A stretch of 48,883 bases of DNA from a virus (IMGVR_UViG_3300031616_000011:1-48883); one strand, 5' to 3'; positions 22,801 to 29,997 are shown, counted from the first letter of the stretch. Numbers and translations: made by a program. The notes: a model not told the origin generated them from the sequence alone.

Positions 22801-23153
22801 GCACCTGCCAGGACAGCAGCAAGCTCAGCCGGGTCGACGGGCTCCGGGTCGGCGGCGTAGGTGGCGTTGAGGAACTCCTCGACGTCGGCGAGCTCCATCA
22901 CGAGGTGCAGCGGCAGCCCGAGCGCCAGGTCCATGACGACGAGGTCGTCGATGACGTGCGCCCCGAAGACCGTGTCGTCGACCTGGCGGACCGGGAAGAT
23001 GAGGGACTCGGCGAGGAGCGTCCGGCTGACCGTCCACACCAGATGCTTGGCGACGGTGATGCAGACGTCGTGCCCGCAGTAGACGAGGGACATCGGTACG
23101 CCGGCTTGGGAGCCGACCTGGCATTCGAAGTGGTGCACGACCGGGGCGTTCAC
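22797..23153 (-). CDS. SsgA/SsgB-like protein (SALP family, cell-division/sporulation regulator)
   Basis: 118 aa from GTG 23153 (GTGA overlap). LVWTVSRTLLAESL and VVMDLALG..LVMELADVEEFLNATYAA align by eye with the SsgB core (VEWVFARDLLAEGL .. ALESFLKRT). Confidence 0.55.
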   Translation of the reverse strand: MNAPVVHHFECQVGSQAGVPMSLVYCGHDVCITVAKHLVWTVSRTLLAESLIFPVRQVDDTVFGAHVIDDLVVMDLALGLPLHLVMELADVEEFLNATYAADPEPVDPAELAAVLAGA

Positions 23154-23506
23154 TCGGACACCGCCCCGGCGATCGCGCGAACCGACGTCAGGTCCTCGGC
23201 GACGGGTTCGGGCTCGGGCTCGATGGGCGGATAGGCGCACAGCGAGACGGCCCAGCCGTTCCAGTCGCCGTGCCCGGTCAGGATCCAGTGGCTTCCGTCC
23301 GTCGCGAGTTGGCGCGGCACGGTGCGGCGGCAGCCGAGCAGGCCGGCCCAGGCGTCGAAGTCTTCGCTGGATTCGGCCTGGACGGCGACGATCGCCGTGT
23401 CGTCGGACTCCTCGCCCTGGAACCGGATGGCCAGCGGCGGCGGCGCCCCGTCAGCAATGAGGACGGCGAGCTTGCACCACGCCTGCGTGCGGGAAATCTG
23501 GGTCAC
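23150..23506 (-). CDS. Hypothetical protein, 118 aa
   Basis: GTG 23506 preceded by GGAAGGAA 7 nt upstream. First gene after the 23507..23670 intergenic region. Confidence 0.6.
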   Translation of the reverse strand: MTQISRTQAWCKLAVLIADGAPPPLAIRFQGEESDDTAIVAVQAESSEDFDAWAGLLGCRRTVPRQLATDGSHWILTGHGDWNGWAVSLCAYPPIEPEPEPVAEDLTSVRAIAGAVSE

Positions 23507-23582
23507 GGTACGATTCCTTCCGTCTGCCGGTCCCGCTCCTGCCAAGGAATCCGTGGGGCCGGCTTTGCTGTGTCTGGGTAAG

Positions 23583-23665
23583 TCCGGGTCGACCGGCGGG
23601 CTCGGCTGCTGCTAACTCGAGACGCCAGTCGTCAAGTGGGCTGTGCCGCCCCACCGGTCGACCCG
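23583..23665. promoter_or_regulatory. 13-bp inverted repeat pair CCGGGTCGACCGG / CCGGTCGACCCGG in an intergenic region
   Basis: Arms at 23583..23595 and 23653..23665, spaced 57 nt. Located downstream of the 528-aa gene and upstream of the next operon segment. Confidence 0.35.
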
Positions 23666-23670
23666 GGGCT

Positions 23671-25257
23671 CTACGGGGTGTGCCAGTGCGAGATCAGCTC
23701 GACGTACGCGGTCACCCGCTCGGCGGCCTCGTGGAGCTGCTTCACCTCTTCGGTGAGTAGTAGCGGTGCGAGGACGTCGACGTCGGTGCGGTCGAGGGCG
23801 TGGAGGAACTCGGCGAAGAGGCGTTGGAGCGCGCCGGGGTCGCTGGAGGACGACGACGCGAGGGAGGTCCCGCCGTCGTCCTCCAGCCCCCCAACCGGCT
23901 CGACCACAGCGACTGCAACTGCGGGAGCCACACCACCAGCGGCCGTCCCTGAACGCTGGTGGTGGTCTTGCCCCGGCTGCTGCGACTGCTCGGGGTTGGG
24001 GTTTCCTTCGCCGTCCGGGAGGGACGTCGTGGCAGCAGCCGGGGAGTTCGTGGTGTGCGCTTCGGCGGCGTCGCCTCCGCCGCACATCGTGCAGAGCAGG
24101 CCTTCGCCCTCGAACGGGTGCGGAGTGCAGGAGCGGCATCCGCCGTCCAGCTCGATCGCGGAAGCGTGGAGGCCGTCCGGGTCGCAGGTGCCGCACCGGA
24201 GGTAGCCGGCCTTGGCCTCCTCGGCCTCGATCCCGCCGCCGCACTTCTCGCAGCCGGCGACGACCTCAGGCCCGGCGGCCTCCTCCTCGTCGAGTTCTTC
24301 GGGGTTCGCGATATGCCGGTTGAGCAGCACCAGCGCTTCGGCAATCGTGTCGAACCCGTCGAACATCACGCCGCAGGTGCAGGAGACACCGCAGTCACCG
24401 GGGACACCTCCCCAGCCGTTCTCCTGCTCGTGGAGGGTTTCCCCGACCGGCACCGGGGCTGCGGTGCCGGCCGGGTCGCTCAGCCGTCGCCCATCGCTAC
24501 CCCCTTCGTCGGAAGTGCCGGACGACTCCGCCGCCTGCTCGGAGCCGTCCGGCTCACCGGCTGCGCGGCCGGTGTTCGCCGCGGCGACGGATGCCGCGGA
24601 CGTCTGGATTGCGACCCGAGTGCACTCCTCGCACTCGCCGTGTCCCTCGTCGAAGCCGATCCCGACGGCGCGGTGCCGCTGGCCCGGGTCGCAGGCCTTG
24701 CAGCGGAGGGTGCCGGCGTTCTGGTCGTGCATCGGGATCGCCGTGCCGCAGCCGGCGGCGCAGTGCTCGCGGTCGGGGGCGGTCGAACACGGCACCGAGG
24801 CGGGCGCGGTGGCGGACATGGGTACGCCCTGGGCGATGCTGGCCGCGGTGTCCGTGAGCGCCTGCGTCATCGCGGCCGTGACGTCGTCAGTTTGCTTGAC
24901 CTGCGGTTCGACAGTCGGGGGTGCGTAATTTTGCGCACCCTTGGATCGCTTGACGTCGTTGCGTACGGTGCCCTCGCTGACGCCGAGGGCCTTGGCGGCG
25001 CCGCGCTTGGACATGCCGCCGGCAACGAGGATGCCGACGACCTGCCCCCGGCGCTCCGCGGACAGCTTCAGCTGGTCGGGCCCGAACTCGTTGACGCAGT
25101 ACTCGTCGAAGTCCCTGTAGCCGAGGACCGTCCAGTCCTGCCGCTCCTGCACCTCGACGAGCGTGTCGAGGACGTCGGAGATGCTGGAGACGCCGTCGCG
25201 GATCCGCTGCGCCCGGCGGACAGCCCCCACCCGGTCGAGCCGGTTGTTGGCGGCCAT
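23671..25257 (-). CDS. ParB/KorB-like HTH protein with two zinc-ribbon repeats, 528 aa
   Basis: N-terminus WTVLGYRDFDEYCVNEFG .. GMSKRGAAKALGVSEGTVRNDVKR. Duplicated CxxC .. LRC(K/G)xCDP(G/D) modules. Low-complexity acidic linker. Confidence 0.7.
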   Translation of the reverse strand: MAANNRLDRVGAVRRAQRIRDGVSSISDVLDTLVEVQERQDWTVLGYRDFDEYCVNEFGPDQLKLSAERRGQVVGILVAGGMSKRGAAKALGVSEGTVRNDVKRSKGAQNYAPPTVEPQVKQTDDVTAAMTQALTDTAASIAQGVPMSATAPASVPCSTAPDREHCAAGCGTAIPMHDQNAGTLRCKACDPGQRHRAVGIGFDEGHGECEECTRVAIQTSAASVAAANTGRAAGEPDGSEQAAESSGTSDEGGSDGRRLSDPAGTAAPVPVGETLHEQENGWGGVPGDCGVSCTCGVMFDGFDTIAEALVLLNRHIANPEELDEEEAAGPEVVAGCEKCGGGIEAEEAKAGYLRCGTCDPDGLHASAIELDGGCRSCTPHPFEGEGLLCTMCGGGDAAEAHTTNSPAAATTSLPDGEGNPNPEQSQQPGQDHHQRSGTAAGGVAPAVAVAVVEPVGGLEDDGGTSLASSSSSDPGALQRLFAEFLHALDRTDVDVLAPLLLTEEVKQLHEAAERVTAYVELISHWHTP

Positions 25258-25889
25258 CAGGAGTCCACCTCGTCGGCTAGCCGGTCGTGAGCGTCCTGCC
25301 AGGTGGCGGAGAGGTCACCCTCGGCCGCCTCGATCAGCCGGTCGAGATATTCGCGCCGCTTCCGGCCATGCTCGACAAACCGGGCGGTCAGCGACTCCTG
25401 CTGGTCGGCGTACTCCTGCAACTCCTTGAGCGTCGTGGTGATCGGCTCGAAGTCTCGGAGCGGGAAGAGTGAGCCCTGCTCGCCGACGAGTTCGGCGAGC
25501 GCGCGGGCGTGGTCGTGGTCGCGCTCGGCCGGGGTGCGGTGGTCGACGAGCGGCTCACCTTCCGGCGCCACGAACGGCGGGAAATCCGCCTGGATCAATG
25601 CCGTCCAGGTCCCGAATTCCGCAAGCGCCTGCGCAATTTCCGCCTCAGTTCCGTACGCCCGAGCGACCCTCAGTCGGTACTGGATCTCACGGGCAGACAG
25701 CTTGCAGCCACTCGCCGTGGCGGCCTTCACGAGCAGGTCGGTCAGGCCCGGCTTCAGCTGGGAACTGCCCGGCGAGAACGCCTCGGCGTCGCGCAGGAGC
25801 CGCAGGCCCCAGAGCCAACGCTCGCGGATACCGCCACGGTCGGCCGCGACGATCGCCTTTTCCTGGCGGACGTACTGGGTCGTCTTCAT
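25257..25889 (-). CDS. Hypothetical protein, 210 aa
   Basis: ATG 25889 in an ATGA overlap with the cro-like gene. Balanced composition. Confidence 0.7.
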   Translation of the reverse strand: MKTTQYVRQEKAIVAADRGGIRERWLWGLRLLRDAEAFSPGSSQLKPGLTDLLVKAATASGCKLSAREIQYRLRVARAYGTEAEIAQALAEFGTWTALIQADFPPFVAPEGEPLVDHRTPAERDHDHARALAELVGEQGSLFPLRDFEPITTTLKELQEYADQQESLTARFVEHGRKRREYLDRLIEAAEGDLSATWQDAHDRLADEVDS

Positions 25890-26104
25890 GCCGCCGGCTC
25901 CAGAAGCTCGTCGGCTTCCATCCCGAGCGCTGTCGCCAACCTCTCGAGATCGCCGAGGTGAAGCTCCGTCTTGCCGCGGAGTCGTCTCGACACCCACATG
26001 TCGCTCACGCCGGCCAGCGCGGCGAGTTGGGTGGTGTTGAGCTGGCGTTTCGCCATCTCGATCCGGAGGCGGAGCCGGACCCTCTCGCCGAGCGCGTCAC
26101 TCAT
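25886..26104 (-). CDS. Cro-like XRE-family HTH regulator
   Basis: 72 aa. HTH QLNTTQLAALAGVSDMWVSRRLRG. First gene of the long minus-strand direction, divergent from the cI-like gene. Confidence 0.8.
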   Translation of the reverse strand: MSDALGERVRLRLRIEMAKRQLNTTQLAALAGVSDMWVSRRLRGKTELHLGDLERLATALGMEADELLEPAA

Positions 26105-26197
26105 GATGGATATCCTCTAACTGTGAGAGTTACGTGTCAACCCCGGAGTGGGAGATCTTGTCCGTGAGGTTGACCGGCCAACGCTTTTTGATAGACG
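26105..26197. promoter_or_regulatory. Divergent promoter/operator region of the genetic switch
   Basis: 93 bp, lower GC. Inverted repeats TAACT-5-AGTTA (26118..26132) and GTCAACC-25-GGTTGAC (26136..26174). No SD before the cI-like ATG, so it may be leaderless. Confidence 0.5.
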
Positions 26198-26614
26198 ATG
26201 TCGGACATGGAGAGTCCAACTCGCAAGGCGAGCGGCCTCAATGAGGCTGTCGCGGGAGAGATCCGCGCGGAACTGGCGCGGCGAAGATGGTCACAGGCGG
26301 AGCTGGCGGCGAAGCTCGGCGAGGATCAGATGTGGCTGAGCCGCAGGCTGCGTGCGTCGAAACCGTTGACCCTCACGGAATTCGACGCTATCGCGCAGGC
26401 TCTGGAGATCACACCGGCCGAACTGCTGGGCCGGGCGCTACGAGTGGCGTCGGTACCTACGGTATCGAATATTGAACGGCACGATCGTCCACCCACGAAG
26501 ACGGTCGACCATGGGCCGAAGGGACGGCCGGGTGCCGTGGCGGGACATCGCCGGACGCGGATGAAACGCGCCTTCACACCCGAGGAGCTGTCGCTCCTGA
26601 CGGCGGCAGGCTGA
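26198..26614 (+). CDS. CI-like XRE-family repressor
   Basis: 138 aa. HTH WSQAELAAKLGEDQMWLSRRLRA is paralogous to the cro-like HTH. Followed by the integrase gene. Confidence 0.8.
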   Translation: MSDMESPTRKASGLNEAVAGEIRAELARRRWSQAELAAKLGEDQMWLSRRLRASKPLTLTEFDAIAQALEITPAELLGRALRVASVPTVSNIERHDRPPTKTVDHGPKGRPGAVAGHRRTRMKRAFTPEELSLLTAAG

Positions 26615-26618
26615 CGAC

Positions 26619-27467
26619 ATGAATAAATTGATTCAGCTGCACCTCGTGGCGCTACGCCAACAGAGCATGTCCGAACGCAGCCGCGAGGACGCCGCCGCCG
26701 TCCTCGAACGTATGCACGCGGCGCTGAAGCTCGGCATCGCCAAGACCAGCAGAACCGAGTTGGAGAGTTTCCTCGCCGGCCCCGCAGACTCGAAACGGGC
26801 CTGGTCCGACGGGACCCGCGCAACGTACTTCGGTCACGCGGCCCGCTTCTACGCCTGGGCGACCGACCCCGACGTCGACCTGATCAGCCACAACCCGATG
26901 GAGAACATGCCCCGGCCGCAGACACGCAGGGGGAAACCCCGTCCGCTGTCACCCCGCGAGCTGGACATCGTGCTCACCCGGTCGGCGCAGCCGTTCCGGC
27001 TGTGCGCGTTGATCGCGTTCGAGACCGGCTTGAGGTGCTGCGAGATCGCCGGGCTGCGGAAGTGCGACGTCGGGGAGGACGACGTCTACATCCGCAAGGC
27101 GAAGGGCGGCGGCAGCGAGACAGTCCCCGGGCGGCCGGCGGCGCTGATCGACGCCATCAGCGACCTGCCGGACGGGCTGCTCGTCGAGGCGGTCGGCGGG
27201 ATCGCGGACGCCCGGTGGATCTCGATCCGGTCCGCGGTCTACTTCCGGCGCACGCTCGGCCTGCCCGGGGTGAGCCTGCACCGGATGCGGCACACCTACG
27301 CGAAACGGCTCCGGGACGCCGGGCACGACCTGTTCGTCCTGCAACGGCAGCTCCGCCACAAGAGCGTCCAATCGACGCAGATCTACGCGGGGGCTACGGA
27401 TGAGGAGTGTCGCCAGGCCGTACGGGGCCTGACGACACCCTCATACCTGTCTCAGATCGCCAGCTAG
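26619..27467 (+). CDS. int: Tyrosine integrase/recombinase
   Basis: 282 aa with catalytic pattern GLRCCEIAGLR .. HRMRHTYA .. LRHKSVQSTQIYAG (R, HxxR, H, Y). Confidence 0.92.
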   Translation: MNKLIQLHLVALRQQSMSERSREDAAAVLERMHAALKLGIAKTSRTELESFLAGPADSKRAWSDGTRATYFGHAARFYAWATDPDVDLISHNPMENMPRPQTRRGKPRPLSPRELDIVLTRSAQPFRLCALIAFETGLRCCEIAGLRKCDVGEDDVYIRKAKGGGSETVPGRPAALIDAISDLPDGLLVEAVGGIADARWISIRSAVYFRRTLGLPGVSLHRMRHTYAKRLRDAGHDLFVLQRQLRHKSVQSTQIYAGATDEECRQAVRGLTTPSYLSQIAS

Positions 27468-27493
27468 CAGATCGAGCACTGCCAGAAAGTATC

Positions 27494-27525
27494 GGCGCCC
27501 ACCCGCGTGATCGCGAGTGGGCGCC
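27494..27525. terminator. Strong hairpin between convergent int and the 27558 gene
   Basis: GGCGCCCAC-C-CGCG-TGAT-CGCG-A-GTGGGCGCC. Positioned between the two convergent stops. Confidence 0.55.
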
Positions 27526-27557
27526 GCACATTGAGTTACCTATCTGACAGCTGGCTT

Positions 27558-27974
27558 TTACCTACCCTTGGGTGGCAGCGTGGACCGGCGCAGGTGGTCG
27601 ACGACGTCCGCGGTGGTGGCGCCGATCGCCCGCGCGATCGTGGCCGGGGTCCAGCCAAGCCTGCGGGCCAGGCTGGTGATGACCGACCTGACGGTGAGCC
27701 GGCCCTGGTCGGCGAGGACGTATTCGACCCGGCCGCCGGCGGCCTCGATCTCCTGGGAGATCTCGAGCTTCGGATCGCGGTAGGCGGCGACGACGACGTC
27801 GGCCCGGCCGCTGCGGACCGCGTCCGCCACTGCGTTGGTGTCGGTGCCGTGCCGGACCACGCCGGCGAGGTCGAGGTCCGGTATGGCGTCGATGTACTCG
27901 TAGCAGGCGTCCATCTGCCTGTCGTCGTCCACCACACCACTGTCGTTGATCATGATCAGGGCCCGTACGCCCAT
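27558..27974 (-). CDS. Resolvase-N-terminal-like domain plus C-terminal HTH, 138 aa (function uncertain)
   Basis: ATG 27974 after GGAGGGAG. RALIMINDSG..DRQMDACYEYI..RSGRADVVVAAY..EIEAAGGRVEYV resembles a serine-recombinase catalytic fold but lacks the canonical RVS and DRLGR motifs. C-terminal HTH GWTPATIARAIGATTADVVDHL. Confidence 0.45.
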   Translation of the reverse strand: MGVRALIMINDSGVVDDDRQMDACYEYIDAIPDLDLAGVVRHGTDTNAVADAVRSGRADVVVAAYRDPKLEISQEIEAAGGRVEYVLADQGRLTVRSVITSLARRLGWTPATIARAIGATTADVVDHLRRSTLPPKGR

Positions 27975-28093
27975 GATCGCTCCCTCCACTCGTGATGAGC
28001 TTCGCGGGAGGCCAGGGTCCGGGGTCTGGCGCGAAATTAATGATCGCAACGTAATCAGCGGTTAACTGTCTGACCTATCCCCCGTTCGGGTGA

Positions 28094-28333
28094 TTACGGA
28101 CTGTCCGTCTGGTCCAGCGGAGGGTGATCGGATACGAAGACTCCGTCACCGGGCTGACCACGGGTCCAGCCCTCCATCCGCAAAACGCGCATCGCCCACG
28201 TGATCGTCCCCTGACTCCAGCCGGCGGTCTTGAGCTGCGAGGTGGACGGCAGGCGGTCGCCGGGCGCGAGGACACCGGACCGGATCTGGTCCCGGATCTC
28301 CTCGGCCAACACTTCGTACTTGGGCATGGTCAT
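28094..28333 (-). CDS. GntR-family winged-HTH regulator (DNA-binding domain only), 79 aa
   Basis: MPKYEVLAEEIRDQIRSGVLAPGDRLPSTSQLKTAGWSQGTITWAMRVLRMEGW. ATG 28333 or 28327 after GGGAG. Confidence 0.75.
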   Translation of the reverse strand: MTMPKYEVLAEEIRDQIRSGVLAPGDRLPSTSQLKTAGWSQGTITWAMRVLRMEGWTRGQPGDGVFVSDHPPLDQTDSP

Positions 28334-28345
28334 GGCACTACTCCC

Positions 28346-28359
28346 TGGGTCGCGACCCA
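28346..28359. promoter_or_regulatory. 14-bp perfect palindrome TGGGTCGCGACCCA; candidate GntR operator
   Basis: 13 nt upstream of the GntR-like start. Contains the GT-N-AC core typical of GntR-family operators. A half-site-like CCCTGGGTCGC recurs at about 28449. Confidence 0.4.
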
Positions 28360-28623
28360 AGGTCACCACGAGCTGCTTGACCATGTCAATCAGGCTACAC
28401 CTACTCGACATACTCGACATGCCCGAGTAGCTTCGGTTACGCACCGCCCCCTGGGTCGCACTAGGTGGTGGTCAGAGCCGGGCGGGAACTGCTGGCGTGG
28501 CCATGGTTCCCCAGCTCCCGCCCGGCGCTCCCGGACCGAGCGCGGTCCGGTCTGCGGCCCCCGTAGTGCCCGGTAGCCGCGGGTTGGAAGCCGGACCGCG
28601 CTCACCCACAGATGGAGGGCGAC

Positions 28624-28737
28624 ATGGAGGAGCACCGACCGGTCAAGCACTGGTGGAGCAGACACCTGCGCTGCTCCTGCGGACTGTGGCTGGACCGCTG
28701 CACGTCGTACTGGGCCCGGTTGGCGAGGCCCTGGTGA
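28624..28737 (+). CDS. Small Trp/Cys-rich protein, 37 aa
   Basis: ATG 28624 preceded by GGAGGG 4 nt upstream. Translation: MEEHRPVKHWWSRHLRCSCGLWLDRCTSYWARLARPW. Its stop overlaps the next GTG (GTGA). Confidence 0.4.
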   Translation: MEEHRPVKHWWSRHLRCSCGLWLDRCTSYWARLARPW

Positions 28738-28985
28738 GCACCCGGGTAGAGACGGACGCCGAGTTGGGCAGCCTCGCCGCGCACGCGCTCGCCGCCCGGA
28801 TCGACCTCGTCGACGGCCAGCAGGGTGTCGTCCTCGACGACGGCGACGCCGAGCTCGAGCTCTCGGAGGTCTTCGGGCATCGGGAGGACATCGTCCGCGG
28901 GTACAAGCGGGCCGCCGGGGTGCTGCTGGCCCGGGCGGCGATGCTCGAGGCCGAGGGTGTCGACCGCAACCGGGGCGAGACGTGA
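28734..28985 (+). CDS. Hypothetical protein, 83 aa
   Basis: GTG 28734 in a GTGA overlap. VSTRVETDAELGSLAAHALAARIDLVDGQQGVVLDDGDAELELSEVFGH. The track ORF start at 28497 is Pro/Gly shadow. Confidence 0.5.
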   Translation: MSTRVETDAELGSLAAHALAARIDLVDGQQGVVLDDGDAELELSEVFGHREDIVRGYKRAAGVLLARAAMLEAEGVDRNRGET

Positions 28986-29158
28986 CCCGGGTCGACGCGC
29001 TGGAGCGGATCTCGGCGGAGGTGGCGATCCTGTCGGCGGCCCTGGACTCGGTCAGCGCCGTGGTCGGTAGGACAGATCTGGACCGGGACGAGATGGCGGC
29101 CGTCGTGCGGCGGCTGGTTGCGACCGCCCGCAGGCGTGTCGCCGGGGGCGGGCGGTGA
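28982..29158 (+). CDS. Small protein, 58 aa
   Basis: Below the track cutoff. GTGA overlaps at both ends. VTRVDALERISAEVAILSAALDSVSAVVGRTDLDRDEMAAVVRRLVATARRR. Confidence 0.45.
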   Translation: MTRVDALERISAEVAILSAALDSVSAVVGRTDLDRDEMAAVVRRLVATARRRVAGGGR

Positions 29159-29454
29159 CCCGGGTCGCGGCCCGACTCGGCGGGACTCTCGGTGTCGCCG
29201 CAGTTCTGGTGTGGGCGACCGCTGCGGCGGGAGTAGACGGGCCCGCTGTCGATCCGGGGGTGCGGGCGTGCGGGTATATCGCGGCAGGTCAGATGTCGTC
29301 GGATCCGGGGGCGGTCGGAGCGTTGGCAGCCCGGTCGGCGGATCCGGCGATCGCGGTGTCCGGCGTCAGGCTGCGGGACGCGGCGTCTGTCGGTGAGGTT
29401 GCGGCGGCGTCGGCGCAGCTGGCGCGGGTGTGTGGGGCGTGGTCGGCGCGCTGA
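29155..29454 (+). CDS. Secreted or membrane-anchored protein, 99 aa
   Basis: N-terminal signal/TM-like RLGGTLGVAAVLVWATAAAG. Last gene of the coupled plus-strand operon. Confidence 0.55.
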   Translation: MTRVAARLGGTLGVAAVLVWATAAAGVDGPAVDPGVRACGYIAAGQMSSDPGAVGALAARSADPAIAVSGVRLRDAASVGEVAAASAQLARVCGAWSAR

Positions 29455-29458
29455 CGTC

Positions 29459-29486
29459 ACCGGGCGTGGCGCCCGTTTCGTTCTTT
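29459..29486 (+). terminator. Rho-independent terminator of the plus-strand four-ORF operon
   Basis: Stem CGGGCG-TGG-CGCCCG followed by TTTCGTTCTTT, beginning about 5 nt after the stop at 29454. Confidence 0.65.
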
Positions 29487-29743
29487 GATCAAGGTGGAAT
29501 GTCCGTTGTCAATGCCAACTTCTGGATCAACGCCTGTCGTGTCCGGTTTTGCCGGTGTCATTCTGCTGACACCGCGTCGGCGGGTGTCCGGTTCGGTAGC
29601 ATCTCGCGTCTGTCCATGTTGGACACTCCACAGTGGATTCGGTGACGCGTCGTGATGCTGTCCGGGAATGTCCAGATTCGTCAAGCGGCCCTGCGCGGCC
29701 AACAGGCACGGCCCAGTGCTCAGCAGCAGGTCAGGGGGCCACT

Positions 29744-29767
29744 TGCAGCGCACGCGCGTGCGCTGCA
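29744..29767. promoter_or_regulatory. 24-bp perfect palindrome TGCAGCGCACGCGCGTGCGCTGCA upstream of the xis-like operon
   Basis: Ends 11 nt before ATG 29779. Candidate operator or 5'-UTR hairpin. Confidence 0.45.
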
Positions 29768-29778
29768 CACTCAGGGGC

Positions 29779-29997
29779 ATGACGCAGACGATGAACACCA
29801 CCTACGAACTCCTCCAGATCGAAGACGGCGCCGGCGGCGAGCTGGGAAGCATCGCCCTCGACGTCGAGGACGATCTGATCAGCCTCACCGTCGATGACGA
29901 GTCCGGCACGGTGCTGCTCGGCCTGAGCATCACCGAGGCCGAGCAGCTGATCGCGAAACTGGCCGTGAAGGTCGCGCAGGCCCGGATGGCGCGGTGA
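29779..29997 (+). CDS. Hypothetical acidic protein, 72 aa
   Basis: MTQTMNTTYELLQIEDGAGGELGSIALDVEDDLISLTVDDESG. The track ORF start at 29668 lies in non-coding-looking sequence. Confidence 0.6.
   Translation: MTQTMNTTYELLQIEDGAGGELGSIALDVEDDLISLTVDDESGTVLLGLSITEAEQLIAKLAVKVAQARMAR

Noticed and set aside
18945-25290. Plus-strand ORFs 18945..20393, 20713..21609 and 23959..25290
   Set aside because: They are antisense to chains of well-coupled minus-strand genes. Their composition is dominated by Arg, Gly, Pro and Ala, and they lack start context.
27558-27974. A second, serine-type integrase or invertase
   Set aside because: At 138 aa it is too short, and the canonical catalytic motifs (RVS-type serine context, DRLGR) are not present. 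Only a fold-level resemblance is claimed.
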